64,000 bases of DNA from Bugula neritina (GCA_964035545.1 OZ037766.1:20014767-20078766); one strand, 5' to 3'; shown: positions 1 through 23,400, counted from the first letter of the stretch. Translations and numbers: made by a program. Notes: a model not told the origin generated them from the letters alone.

Positions 1-130
1 GCGCTGGCTTAGTAAACACAAAGTCATGAGTTCAAACCCCAGTAAAAGCCGTTGGTAATGTTAAAAAGATCATCCAGTCATAATTGCTCCTGTGCCATGT
101 ATGAATAAGCCCTTAGCCAACTTTAAAAAC
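1..130 (+). mobile_element. Possible tRNA-derived SINE fragment, truncated by the window start
   Basis: Pol III B-box-like GAGTTCAAACC at 28-38 in a relatively GC-richer stretch; no tRNA cloverleaf can be completed. Confidence 0.35.
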
Positions 131-832
131 CCTTTCTGTCAGGGGTTCTCAGAGGGATAGTGACTATAAGCTTGCGTTAGTTTTTTATTGAAATCTGCAC
201 CCCAGTGTAAAATGGTGTACAAATTATCTATAATGCATGCTAATATTATACGAGTATATACCATTAGTTAATAAATATTCATATATCATTTTCATAATTT
301 AAAAGCATTAGTCTAAAATCTAAATTAAAAAATATAATCTAAAATAATTTGATAAATTTCTTTCCAAGTCAGGCAGTTATTTCACAAACATTTAAGAATC
401 AAATTATATTGATTGAAGGCAACCAACTGTCATATAACCTTTTGTATATTTGAACATGGATAATTGTTTAATCTTGATTTTCTTTCAATTTTGAATTTTG
501 TAGCCACTTTCAAACATTACAATTTCTTGGATTATTAACTATTTATTTGTTTATTAATTATGTTGTTTTAGCTGCGCTAAAAATGATTATTTCACAATTT
601 GTTGGTCTAAAAGTTACTATACCAACTAAGCATAATAAGCTCAGCATACTCTACTACTACATACGAAGAGATTTTACTAGCTTGGGCATTATTTAGAGAA
701 AAACTGGAGCAGCAAATGCAAATATTAACCTATTTGCTGCATCTAATGGAGACATGCTTATTATTTTCATAAAAATATGCACTAGCTCAAAAACTGTAAA
801 AATGTAGGAGTTTTCCTTAACTTTCAAGTTAC

Positions 833-10256
<9,424 letters not shown>

Positions 10257-13195
10257 CTATAAATTAAAAAACTGAAACTATCACTTGTTTGTAAAGGATT
10301 TTAAGAATTTTAAAGTTAGTGTATTGGTATGCCATCAATCGTTGAAGCTTTCTTGCTTCATTAATATATTCACTAAGAGCTATTCTTAGCTGACAGTGCT
10401 GTTGCTATAGTTCACTGTTTTTAGCACAACACAGGTCAGTGTGTTCTGATCAAGCAGCCGCAGAGGAACATTTATTAACTTCCCTCTTTCAACAGACGGC
10501 TCACTACATTTGCTACAACATTATATGAACACATAGTTTTATACTCTAACATTTACACCCTGAATAGACCACCGGTTTTGACATTAGGATGACAAAGAAT
10601 CTTAACCGTGCATCAATTTTGGTGCGATTTGATAGTCAATAAACTTAGGAACCTGTTGCCAAGTTGGCTAATAGATAAAGCACATCACATCTAAGTCACC
10701 CAGACACTGTCACAAACCCGATACAGTTAGTAAATACTTGACTAAAAAGTGCAGGTTTTCCAATTTCTTGCCTGACTTCATACATGGTTATAGATTATAA
10801 TGCTAAATAAAATTCAAATTGAGTTGAATTACGACTAAGTTAAAATAACAGACCTAAATATGCTCATTAAATTATCATTATGAAAAGCCTGATACAGAAA
10901 GTTGCTGATTGCCTGATGCTAGCTTAGTGGAACAACAGTATACAAACACAAAAACGTAAGACATGCAATGTCAAATGAAAAACTGTATCATACCTATGTG
11001 CTCATAGATTGACCCAAAGGCATGTGAAGAAGGTTCTCTGCTCACTACACATGTGTCTTCACTCATCTTTTGTTTTGCTGCCTTTTCATGAAATGAAGAC
11101 AATGATTTTTACGCTTATCAAAAGCACAATGCAAATCGTAAAGTGTTGCTATAGTGAATTCATTTATTTTAATTGTCTTACAGCATGTATAACAATCACT
11201 TTTCAAAAAATTAATATTGGATTATGGGCAAACAAATATAAGTACAGTGATAGAAATAATCAAATGCTTAAACCAACCATTCCAACTGTGTATTACAACC
11301 ACATGTACAAATCAGATCTAACATCCACCATTTTGAATAAAACACGCTATATTACAGAGTAGATATTATTATTTTATATAGGTTCTTTGCGTTGCTCTAC
11401 AGCAAGTATGCTTACTTAATAAGCCTATTATTAGAATCAGTTTTTAAATTGTCTTTCAAGTAGGGAAATTCAAGAGCTTTATAGTTTAAAGTCTGAGCTC
11501 TTTATAGCACAGAATAATTAAAATAATATCATTAGACTGCTTGCATTGAAAAACAAACAAATTTTTCTATTCACGAAAGCATGATTTAATTTGTACATTT
11601 GTTGAAATGACATGTTCTTATATATAACGTAGTTTTGAAAATACTATAAGTGCTTAAATTGCTTTTTGTTTATCTAAAATTTTACAATCAAGAAATAGAA
11701 AGAAAAATTGTAGTCCTAATAAATCGAACACTAGTGTGAAGCTCATTTTCATTTCATAAGAAGTCGAGAAATTTGGTTATTTTTTAAGGAATTGAAAAAA
11801 GTGGTATCTATTATTATTATTGTAGGTTTTGGAATATTTCGGTGCTGCTTAAATATGAGCTATATGAAGATCATAATAAATATTTTTCATACATTATGCA
11901 CACTCACACTCACACCCACGCACATACACATACAAAAATACCCACACACAAGAGAGGGCGTACATGCACGCGCATCCACATGCATGTGGGGAAAAAGTTT
12001 TGTTAATGATTTTATAAAGCAACTTTGCTGCTGAGAGTCTTTTAGCAACATGTTGTGTAAATGGCTGAATGGAAAGTTTTAGTCTAGCTGTGATAATTGC
12101 ACTTCAATTTTGTTTTGTTGTTCAAAATTGAAAGTGTTGGCACAAATTTATATAAAATAGCTAGTTTCTTTATTACTCATTAGTGAGTTGCTACAATATA
12201 ATAATTTTATTACTTCTTAAAACTAGTTAAAAGATACACATATACATGAATTCATGATGTCTGTTTCTGCATCATCACTCAAAGTTTACTTGAGCTAATT
12301 AAAATATTGTTAGAGCATAAATGTTGTCATGTTTTTTTTAAAGTAGCTAATAATGGATACAGCTATATGTGCTAGATTTGTATAAACATCAATTAATTAT
12401 TTTAAGAGTTGTGCCACCCCAATTACACCCAATGCATGCACATTTCAACTATTCATGTGAATTTCAATCAGATGCACACAATACTTAGAACTTGGTATAT
12501 GTTAACTTTTATCAAAGATGTGACCATTTATTTTATAAATATATAGTGTTGACCAAAAACGAAATGCTGCAGTGCAATTAGGAATTGTGAATATTTTTAT
12601 AATTTTATTTATTTCTCAACTTACTGATTAAGTTAAAAAATAAAAAATATAGTTATAATAATCAGACTTGGCACAGAATTGTTTTTGATATTCATATTGA
12701 TAACTTCAATTCATGAGGATAAGAAATATTATATAAGACTGGTTTAGCTAGAAAAATTTCTACAATAAAATACTCATAACTCCTATAAATTTTGCTATAA
12801 ATTATGAAAGCTATAATTAAAACAATTTTGCTCAATATACAAAGATTTAGTTCACTTTTTTAACTGTTTGTCATGCTCATTATCTCCCTCTCCAGTTTTA
12901 GCTGATTGAAATCACCTAGCCATACAAAGATTAGGCTGAATTATAGCTTAATTAGATTCAGTCAGAATTTTAGATGAATTAATTTCATTACCCTAAAATA
13001 TTTTAATCTATCATCTTCCAACCATTCGATGAAAACTACTTGGCCAAAATAGTTGTCTATATATGAATATGCCAAAATATCTTTTGCTGTCAGTATAAGT
13101 CCTCTCTTATGTAGCAGAGTATAGTCATGATAATCTAATCACAGAAAAACTTTTTCATATGACTGCATATAATAAGGAAAACACAAACTTTACTT

Positions 13196-16100
13196 TCAAG
13201 TTCGGCAGAAGAGGGTGTACTTGGTTTCTGGAATGTTAAGTTTAATTGCTCCACGGAGGGTTTTAAAGTGTATGGCCCAAAAGACCGACGAAACAATGGC
13301 GGCAAGTAAGGCGACTACTGAGAGGTATGTGGAGTAACCGAAGTTGACCTGCATACTCTCTTCTAGTGGTACTGGTAAGTCATCTATCTTAAGATGAACT
13401 TTAGCCTCGTCAGTTCTCTTCATCATTAGAGCCATTAACAGCAGCTGATATAACACTAGAGAAAAAGGAATTTATACACCAGATAGTACGCATTGTTGTT
13501 TATAACTATTTATAAGTATGATAACAATTTTACATTATGAACCAGCATTAAGTTAGCAAATCTTTAGCAGTAACCATTCAGAGTATTTACAATTTTAAGA
13601 TTTCAGTGTGCATCACCTCACTTTTATGGTTCCTTAACTAAATAGAAATGGACAAGTTGTATCAAGTTTCAATTGCATACAATCTATTCAAACTACCTAT
13701 TTTTAAGGACATTAAAATATGTTTTAGTCTAATCAAATTTTTAGTTAGTCAAGCTATAGCACTTTTAACTTGCAAACATGTTATATAAAAATGATGTTTT
13801 ATAAAAAGTCGTTGAAAAATTTTAATGACATTCTTCAAGTAATTAGACATTAAAGCTTTTCAGCATCCTTCATAAATTTTATGAGAAATTTTTACTATTT
13901 TGACTCTCTATTCGAATTATTTTGCAATAATTCTGGCCATTGTTCTTAAAAGAAACTCACAAAAACATTGCATGCTATAACAAATGTTATTTCTCCATCA
14001 ACAATGTGTTAAACTGGCACTTCTATGTGCTAGCTTTGCTGCGCATAATGATGAGTTGCATACTGAAAATATGAGTTCAGAATTCTGTTTTGTAGACTTC
14101 ATAGGCAATTATAATCTATGGCTGTGGCTGTTGCAGGTTTAGATTCTAGACATTTGAAAGTGTTTAGGATTGATTAAAGTTTAGCCTTGACTTTTTAGAA
14201 TGGAGTGGTGGTGGTGATGGTAGTAGTAATAAACTTTTCACACTTTTATTAGACATAATTTCTCAAACACCCTCATACTGTAACTCATACAGTACTGTAC
14301 ATGCTGCTAACTTGATTACTTGTCTGTTTACCTGCTGCAGCACAAACTGTTGTGGCAATCATACTCAGTATGACGTGTTTACCTGCTGCAGCACAAACTG
14401 TTGTAGCAATCATACTCAGTATGACGTGTTTACCTGCTGCAGCACAAACTGTTGTGGCAATCATACTCAGTATGACGTGTTTACCTGCTGCAGCACAAAC
14501 TGTTGTGGCAATCATACTCAGTATGACGTGTTTACCTGCTGCAGCACAAACTGTTGTGGCAATCATACTCAGTATGACTTGTTTACCTGCTGCAGCACAA
14601 ACTGTTGTGGCAATCATACTCAGTATGACGTGTTTGATGATGAGACTGATAGCTCCGAGGGAGAGAGTAGCCAATATGCAAATGCAAGACACGATCATGC
14701 AAGACTGAGCAGTCCTGGTCATCATATGTCCTGAAATTGCAATATAAACTTACAGGCAATGCACTACAGCTTACACTAGGCAATGCATTACTTTCATAGC
14801 ACATACTCACTACACTAAACTATGCCCTATACCAGCAATACGCTATATAGTGACTACATGTACACTACATCAGCGTATTTAGGCGAATGCAATATATTCA
14901 ATTATACTAGCCCATGAAAGTCACATACGAAATTTAGGAGAATTACATTTGACTTTAAACTAAGCGCTTTTGTTCAGAAGTTATTCAACTTTCAATTTTA
15001 AACATTGAGGTAGCTGCTTTTGATGTTGAGTAAAGTGTTTAATCACTCATACCCTGGTGGCATTTAATATGATGCAATACAAATATAATTACCATTACTA
15101 TTCCCTAGTCAAATAAACCAGCACTCTACAATTCAAAGCTGCAACGCAGTAGAAAATTAATTAGCTGAAAAAAATCAATATTTGTTATCATTTTGCTACC
15201 TGCTTTAACCTGCATGTTACATTCAGGTCATAAATTAATTAACCCATTGCTACACACACAAGAACATAATATGACATCCTATTCTAATGAAACACATAAT
15301 ATACATGTGAAGGCATATAGTGAATTGTGAGTTCATGATTAAAAAAAAACCACTAATTAAACTTCTGCAGTAACAAATTAACAATATGTTGGTGTTGTAT
15401 TTGTTGTGTGTTGTGTGTGTTATATGTGTGTTGTGTGTGTTGTGTGTGTTGTGTGTGTTGTGTGTGTTGTGTGTTGAGTGTGTTGTGTGTGTTGTGCGTG
15501 TTGTGTGTGTTGTGTGTGTTGTGTGTATTGTTTGTGTTGTCTGTGTTATGTATTGGACTATATTACTACTACATATTGTCATAGAGTGAGCTGCAATTAT
15601 GTGGAGAGTTGCGTCTGGGTTCTACTCTACTCTGATTAGAACATGAAATAGCTGTGATTCCACTAGTTAAACTAATACCCCACTTCCCCCCCCCCTCTCC
15701 TTGTATATATCTCTAAACAACTGCATAGAAGTTGAATAACTCACTCAAATATCGACCACTAGAATGGGGAAAGTTAGCTTGTCCCACCGGTTTATACAGG
15801 GTACAGACATCTGTAGCCCAAAAAAGGTCCTCATCTGCTTTCACTGTGTTCTCCATCTCCTCTATAATAATGGTCATTGTTGGTATACACCATGCCATTT
15901 CATATCAAAGCAAATTCATGCAAGTCGTTATGATCCTTCCCTTGAAGGTGACACTCAAACCAGCACATGTTCTATGAGGTAGTAACTTCTAATTTTTTTT
16001 ATCATAATAGTTTCTAATAACTACAGGTCCTATATATTTAGGTGTTTATATTTATAGCATATACTTAAACACACACGCAGACACGCACACACGCAGACAC

Positions 16101-17503
16101 GCACACACGCACACACGCACACACGCACACACTTTTCAAGGTGATATGAAATGTCATTTCTGACTTACCATTAGTAACATAGCATGTCTTCCACATTCCC
16201 CCTTCAACCACCTCAACTAGCATAATTTTTTTTGGCACTTGATCATCTTTTACCGTGACTGTAGAATTCAGTGTAATAATGCTATACCCATCATGAAGAG
16301 AAATGTTTAGTCCGGCATCTTCTACTGATTTCCTGACATCTTGGCTGTATAACAATAATTATAATAATATAATATTGTGTTTGTAACACTGAGAAAATAT
16401 ATATGAACATGATGTCTTTGCTCACAGGTATAGTTGAACGAATGATAAATTGCATTCTATCTGATTCTGTTGACTTGTCATTTTCTTGTTTTTTATATTT
16501 AAAGAATTTAAAAATGGAAAAGTTAATAACAAAATTAAATTACTAACTCCTACCCTCCAACCTTTTTTATTTTCTTTTATTTCATGACGACTTCGTTATT
16601 ATTTTTATCATTTGTCTTCATAAATTTACTTTCGTTTTAATTTTAAGTGCAATACCTCAAACCCCAAAGGCTAAACTCCAATCCTTCTGAGAGCTTGGGC
16701 TTATGATTCTGTTTAATGTTATATAACCTTGAGGTTTCTCAGACCAAGTTAGCACTGTGGCACAACAGGTTAACTAAATTGGGGCAACTGCCACTTTTGA
16801 AATTAAACTTATTGTATTTAATAATTACACTAATAATTAGGTATCCGGTTTATATTTTGGACACAATTTAAAGTAAAGTAGGTCAGAAAACTGTTGCAAG
16901 TTTTATGGCCTGCATTTCTAGCATGATCAACATAAGATTTTGTTGTTAATATCAAAGTTATAGATGCAAGTCATATTGATCAGCTCAATTTTACTACGTT
17001 GAGATTCTAAATGCAGTGATATTTATAGTAAGCTTTGTATGCTTTGAATACTAAAGCTGCTAAATATATTGCACTGTGGGATCTTCTACAGAGTCTATGT
17101 GGGGTATCAGTAAATACTTTTTGGCAAATAGAACTTATTCAGAAATAAAAACGCAGAAGAAAGACAATCATAGAAAAAAATATGTTTATAATTCGCCAGT
17201 ACAAGCATATCACAAATTTACATGGTTTGGGAATAGAAATGACAAGCTCTATCTTACAATTCTTTAATGAATACAGCTACATCTTTGTTTAAAAACTGAA
17301 CTTGAATAATTTCAAAATACTATAAAAGCCGACTCTCTTTTTAAGCAGCATGAAATAAACGAAGCAAAATGGTGGAAACTGTACCTGTTATAGCTAATAA
17401 CATCCCAACTGTCTAGAGTGTAGCACAGGATTAGAAGCAGAGTGATAAGAACAGTGGAGGAGTAAGACAATGCACCCGTCTGGTTAGGGCTCAGAGTTAG
17501 CAT
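13196..17503 (-). CDS. PMP22/EMP/claudin-superfamily four-TM membrane protein, paralog A (5 coding exons)
   Basis: Exons 17503-17385 (TM1, ..LDSWDVISYN), 16344-16169 (GGMWKTC, a W..GLW..C-type signature), 15861-15745 (second loop Cys), 14730-14587 (TM2 and start of TM3; alternative donors down to 14332), 13455-13196 (FGYSTYLSVVALLAAIVSSVFW = TM4; ends FCRT*). All introns are GT-AG and phase-consistent, and the structure mirrors paralog B. Confidence 0.8.
14326..14635 (-). repeat. 51-bp tandem repeat, 6 copies, spanning the exon-4/intron-4 junction of paralog A
   Basis: Plus-strand unit TGTTTACCTGCTGCAGCACAAACTGTTGTGGCAATCATACTCAGTATGACG; only two single-base differences among copies; each copy has CAG|GTAAAC on the minus strand. 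Confidence 0.97.
15397..15547. repeat. (TTGTGTGTG)n 9-bp GT-rich minisatellite
   Basis: Direct reading; accounts for the spurious THN/VLC ORFs. Confidence 0.95.
16068..16132. repeat. (CA)/(CACG) compound microsatellite
   Basis: Direct reading. Confidence 0.9.
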
Positions 17504-18807
17504 TATGTCTACAGGACCAGCAAGGAATTTCAGCTGGCTAGTCGAAGAAGTAGTTACCTGTGATAAGCCACTGCAGTATTTGTTTTATACTCCCTGCTCC
17601 AACATAGCTATGTTTTGTTGACTAGCACTATTGATTAATTTAATTTCTTCATAATGCTATATTATAGTCGTATTTATAGAAAATCAATAGTATGATTACA
17701 ATACTAAAAGATTATATAAACAAAGCAATTATTGTGACAATTCACCTGTTACGACCAATGGGTATAGTTATAGGTGTGAATGAGGGGCTAGTAGTTTAAA
17801 CAAAGTTGGGATCTGAAACAAAGAAAATGTCTTTTGATTAAATACTTTTATCATTATATAAGCATTTCACTCTTTACAGTTTACTTACAATCTCAAGACA
17901 ATCAACTAAGATATCATATAAATATATTTTAATGTTTTGGAGTTATTGGATATATGTTGACGTTGATAATATATTATCATATTCTAATATGATATAAATG
18001 ATTACAGTAAGATATTTTTAGAAAATGCAGCATTTGTATAAGAATGTATCTTTTCAGCCATGCAATAAATATTGTGTGTGTTCTTGTGCATGCTTTGGTG
18101 AAAGGGCAAACCTTGGAATAACTGATGTGCCAAATTTATATGCTCAGCAATGATGTTATGTGATTGAGTGCTCTAACCATGGCTAGAAAGTTAAGCTGCT
18201 TTGCATTGCGCAAGGCCCATGACTTCTGGAGTTACTTGAGCTCTTTACCTTAAATTTACACACCTTTAAAATATGCTTTGGCTGAAAAATTAGTTATTAA
18301 CTTGTGCTTGGTCAAGTCTCAATTGGTGTGACAACTCTAAATTACCAAAGATATTAAGTTGGCTAATGGTTGTACCTCTTATCTTGCTGTAGCATTGTCT
18401 ACTATGGCACAGCAACAATTATGATAAACTTTTTTGCATCGTCAATAACCTTGCAAGTGCTCACACCCATAGCCTTTGTCATACTAGACTGCTTCCACCC
18501 CATAGGTAAATCAGGCAACGGGCACAAAATTGTATTACTACTATAATTAGATTATTCAACAAATTTGTTATGAGAGGACAACCCTTATAAAGTGTTACAC
18601 CTCTGCAACAAGCGTTATGTCGCAATATTTTATTTGCAAAACGTTTGCTCAAAATTATAAGTTTATAAGCAGCTACTGTTATTTTTTATTAGAAGCAGTG
18701 TTTTTGGCTGTCATCTAAGTGCTTTTCCTATTGACTTCCAAATGTGTCTCTTTAGAAATCCTATAATTTGTATAAACCTGTTTTACCACAGGCAGAAATC
18801 GCTTTCA

Positions 18808-19057
18808 TAGTCTATAACCCTCACATAATCTGTATATAGTCTGCGACCTTCACATAGTCTGTGACCTTCACATAGTCTGTAACCTTCACATAGTCTGTAA
18901 CCTTCAGATAGTCTATAACCTTCACATAGTCTGTATATAGTCTGCGACCTTCACATAGTCTGTGACCTTCACATAGTCTGTAACCTTCACATAGTTTGTA
19001 ACCTTCAGATAGTCTATAACCTTCACATAGTCTGTAACCTTCACATAGTCTGTAACC
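18808..19057. repeat. 18-bp minisatellite (ATAGTCTGTAACCTTCAC) with a 101-bp higher-order duplication
   Basis: About 13 units; the block starting CTGTATATAGTCTGCG occurs at 18830 and 18931. Confidence 0.93.
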
Positions 19058-20421
19058 ATGATTTGGGAAATTTCTTACAATTCCAGTTTTATGCAAAAAC
19101 AAATGTTCAATTTCTGACACACATAAACTAGTTGCATGACCAATTTGTCATGCTTTTCGAATGAGCAAGTTTTCAACAAACACTTTACAAATAAAATTTT
19201 GACAAGAAAATTTAATTTTGGCAAAGTTACACTTTTTTGTTGTCAGCTGTTTTCATTTATTAAGTAACTATTCAAGACAGAGCTTCTCTATCAGACCAAA
19301 CACATCACCTCTATACGGTCTTTGTATGCCTCAAAACAAAACACTTTCCATGTTTATAAGATTCTTCTGAGTTATAAATAATTTTATACACTTTGCTAAA
19401 TTCAAGGTTATTATAAAGCCATATATTTATCATATTATCAAACAACTAGCTTTGGAGATAACCAGAGAAGTTGTTTAAATAACATAAACTATACAATATA
19501 GGCTCTTCATCATATTTTCCAATATTTGACATACATTCTGTATATAGAATAATATTTTCAATAGCCATGGCAAACTTGAATTATATAATTATAAAAAGTT
19601 TAGCAAAAGGCAGTATTACACTCATGCTATTACACTCATATACTGCACTGTGACTTTGCAAGCTCTATAAAACAGCATTAAATTTTACAATTTTGCTGTT
19701 AAAATGCAATAACATTGTTACCCAAATTATCATGAGAAATAAATATTATACAGCTAATATAATAAATATAGTTTACTCATAAGTTATTTAATAAGTATTT
19801 AATTAGTAGCAAAACCTTAGGTCCTATAATTAGCCCTATTTAACAAACCTTTTCCATCAGCGTTTTCTCACAGAGATGGCAACTATAAACTTGCAGGAGT
19901 TGTTTTATAAACTTTAAGTTGTTTTCTTGTTACTATTGGATACCCTTAAAAGCGTATTATCTCAGCAGCTGAGAAATCTTTAAAATAAAACCCACAAACA
20001 TGATTTTGTGACAGCATCCATTATCTGTTAAATATGGTGAATTACAAGAACGCCCTACCATACCCCAGCAAAACCCGGCATATCTTACAGTATATTATGT
20101 AGTTGAAATTGCTTAGAACAGAACATCTTAACATATTCAAATATAATATTGCTACTTTAATTGTTAGTAAATTTAAGATTTTATATTTGCTGTTGCTAGA
20201 CTAACTGTCTTATAGGCTCTACATTTCAAATACAATTATCCTGTACTTTGATTGCACATGTTGATATGCTGCACATGTTGTTAGGCTACAGAGAGCATTG
20301 ATTGAGATAAATATTAAGACAAAATCTTATATAGGTATTGTTTCATATATATACTATTTTCTGCTGACAGCTATTACTAGACTAGCCAAGTGCTAATTAA
20401 ATAATCATGGAATAAACAACT

Positions 20422-23400
20422 TTATGTTCGGCAGCAGAAATTATGGTCATAAGTCCCGTTGCTTTCTGTTTCCAAGATCTTGATGTCTTTATTAATCAGT
20501 CGATATATGACAATCCAAAGAACACCTGTTATAATTGCTAGGACCATGGCTGCCCAGGTGTAATCTAGTGACACCCCTGGACTACTTTCAGCAGGTAGCA
20601 GGGTCACTGACAGGGGTGTGTATGTAAGGGGGGAAATATTCTGATTCATTCGCTTTGTCAGAGTGACTCCTGTAAACATCTGATAGAGGCCTGTCATAGA
20701 AAATAAATAAATCACTGCATATATGTTATGTAGATGAAAGGGTATAAGTGCGAAAGAGTTTTATAGAAGAGAGCTGTGATCTCTAGACACCAGTGTGTAA
20801 TAATATAACTCTATATTGATATATTAAATGGTAGGTACAGCAGACAAACCTGCGGCTAGACAGAGTGTAGCTGTCACTATGCACAGTAGTATCTGCCCAA
20901 ACAAGAAGGTAAGAGTGCCAATTATCAGCGTTAGAATCAGACATACTGTTGAAACAACCATACATGCTTGGGACATCCGTGTCATCAAATGCCCTACAGT
21001 ACCGTGGCACAAAATATCAGAGACATTTAGAGTTGGCCCCTCTACTTCTCCGCTTTTACTGCTACCAAGCAGAAGGTAATTATGGAGTTTTATGTATTCT
21101 ATAATATTTTGTTCATACCTACCAAATTCATGCTGCAATAAAAAGCTGCAATTGTTGGTGAAGATATAGATTTACAACTTCAAATAGTTGGAGAAACAGG
21201 CTTATATAACTTTATTCCCAATTCACTCTTTAAGTATAACTTCGAATTTGTTGTAATCAATCTAACCAAATGAATGTTTAAACATGTCCGACATTTTCAA
21301 GTGTAAAGTATCAAACATGTTATTTAAAGCATTTACGGTGATGCCGATAATTTAACAAAAACACTTGACACACTTCAGAAACCTTTGAAAAATTATGCAG
21401 AATGTTCAAGTTGCTTTATATAGCATTGGAAGAAAAGTAAGAATTTTCTGGTTTGTTAAAAAGTCTGAAATGTTTAAACAGTATTTGGTTAAATGAGATT
21501 TTCAAGGTATCAATCAGTATTGAAAACCAATATATGAATAAAGCACGCAGCAAACCGGTTATATAGTTTACTATTATGCTGGTAGAACATGATTAGAAAT
21601 TCAGAATATGCATTATATTATTCATATTCTAAAATAATTACCTAAACTCAATTAGCTTATAACATATACGTTGTTGTTACAAAGCTTTAAAAGTGTAATC
21701 TGCCATAGGGTCTTGCATGGAAACAAACGATTAGCAGTTTCATTTTGTCTTCTCTATTGACATTTTCAGCATAAATTTCAAAATAAGGCATGCTGTCACA
21801 TTAAATTGCTAACAGAGCACCTGTCACCCAAAATGATATAAATCCTTAAAGACCTAAAAATTGACAGAATGTATCTCTATACAAATTAATTGAACAATGC
21901 TTTAATAACAGTTTTCTTAAACAAATCAATAGAAGTGTCAGCTTAAATTATCATTATCATTATAGTAAGAGATAATTGCAATAATTAGCTGCAATGAAAT
22001 GAAAGAATTTGAACTAATTTTACTGCAGTAAAAAGTGTTCATAGAATTTTCCCAGCAAGCCTGCTAATAATTTATTAAAAAAATATTTAAAAAACCTGCT
22101 CTTGTTTTAACTTTGTATTTAAAATAAAGCACTCACAAATTATAAAATTACATGCAAACACAGCTCAAAGTTGTTTGGGACTTTTTACTGCCATTTGTAT
22201 CGCTGACATTTATTTTTTTGTGGTTAGTATGACCATATTATGTAGTAAGCTGATAAAATATAGAGAATAAAAAAGTGTGACATATCTCACATTAGTTTAC
22301 GTTGTTAAAAAAACTCATTTTTTTAAAAGTTGTTTACATGCAGTTGCAAAATTCTAATAATTTCAATGCTAGGCAAATGTAACAAAATTTCAATGCATTA
22401 CATTTTTTGGCATGACTATACTTTTAGTTTTTATGCCATATGAATGCAGTCTGAAAAGCATTTATGATTTTGCTGAAAAACATAGATGTTTCATTTTAGA
22501 GTATCTTAATAACAAAGCTTGAAGAATGATAAACTACATACTGGTATACTCAGGTGAGGTTTTAGCATAGTTACTGGGTCCACTGACTGTGTATGTGAAA
22601 CATGAATTAGTCAGCCACACAACCTCCTCCATTTTTAACTGCTGCCGTGACTCTTCTACAAATAATACACTGTAAATTATTGTAGGTGTTGACAGCTGCA
22701 GGGTTTAGGCTGTAGCTCTACATGTGAGTAAATTCAATACACAAGTTTGCACTGTACAGTATACTATTTCTAATAAAAATGTTATACTATCATGCAAATA
22801 TATAATTATATTGGTGCATGTACTTTTTGCATTTAGGCTGTAGTTGCAAATTTTTGGAATATGTTTTAAATACCTTTTGCCATTTGACAGCTTTTATTAT
22901 TAGAAAGTATGATTTTATGTAAAAAGTTTTATATACCTTAAAATTTATTCAATGATATAAAAAATATAAAACCTGTCAAAAAATAGAATTTTTAAAGTAT
23001 AGCTTAACGTCACTGAACAAATTCATGACATACTTTTACACTCATAAAATTGAGTTAATATTCTGAAATGTAAATCATTTATAGTATAATTTAGTAAACC
23101 TCGCCTATTTTGATTGTTATATATAAAAGTGAAAGCAACTAGCACAGTGGTTCCCAACCTTTTTCATACTATTCCCCCCTTTCATAAATGTTGACTATTA
23201 ATTTCCCCCCTTTCGAAGAGCAAAAAGATTTTATGACTTACAGAATGAGAATATATTATGATACAATGCAATATATTTTGTTCTATTATATTTGCATATA
23301 ATATAATTATCATAATAGTAATATTGTCGTTATTTTCATGTTATAAAACACAGAGCAGTTCAATTATTAATGTTATAGCTTCATTTGATGCTTTTGTGCC

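Noticed and set aside
14326-14635. CRISPR-like appearance of the regular repeats (also 18.8, 34.6 and 63.9 kb)
   Set aside because: Head-to-tail units without unique spacers, a eukaryotic context and no cas genes.
14312-14734. Plus-strand ORFs with Cys-rich (TCCSTNCCGNHTQYDVF)n and (MTCLPAAAQTVVAIILS)n repeats
   Set aside because: Antisense by-products of the stop-free 51-bp repeat; the minus-strand frame is the one homologous to paralog B.
18821-19120. 99-aa ORF with YRLCEG/TDYVKV repeats
   Set aside because: Translation of the 18-bp minisatellite; no splice or homology support.
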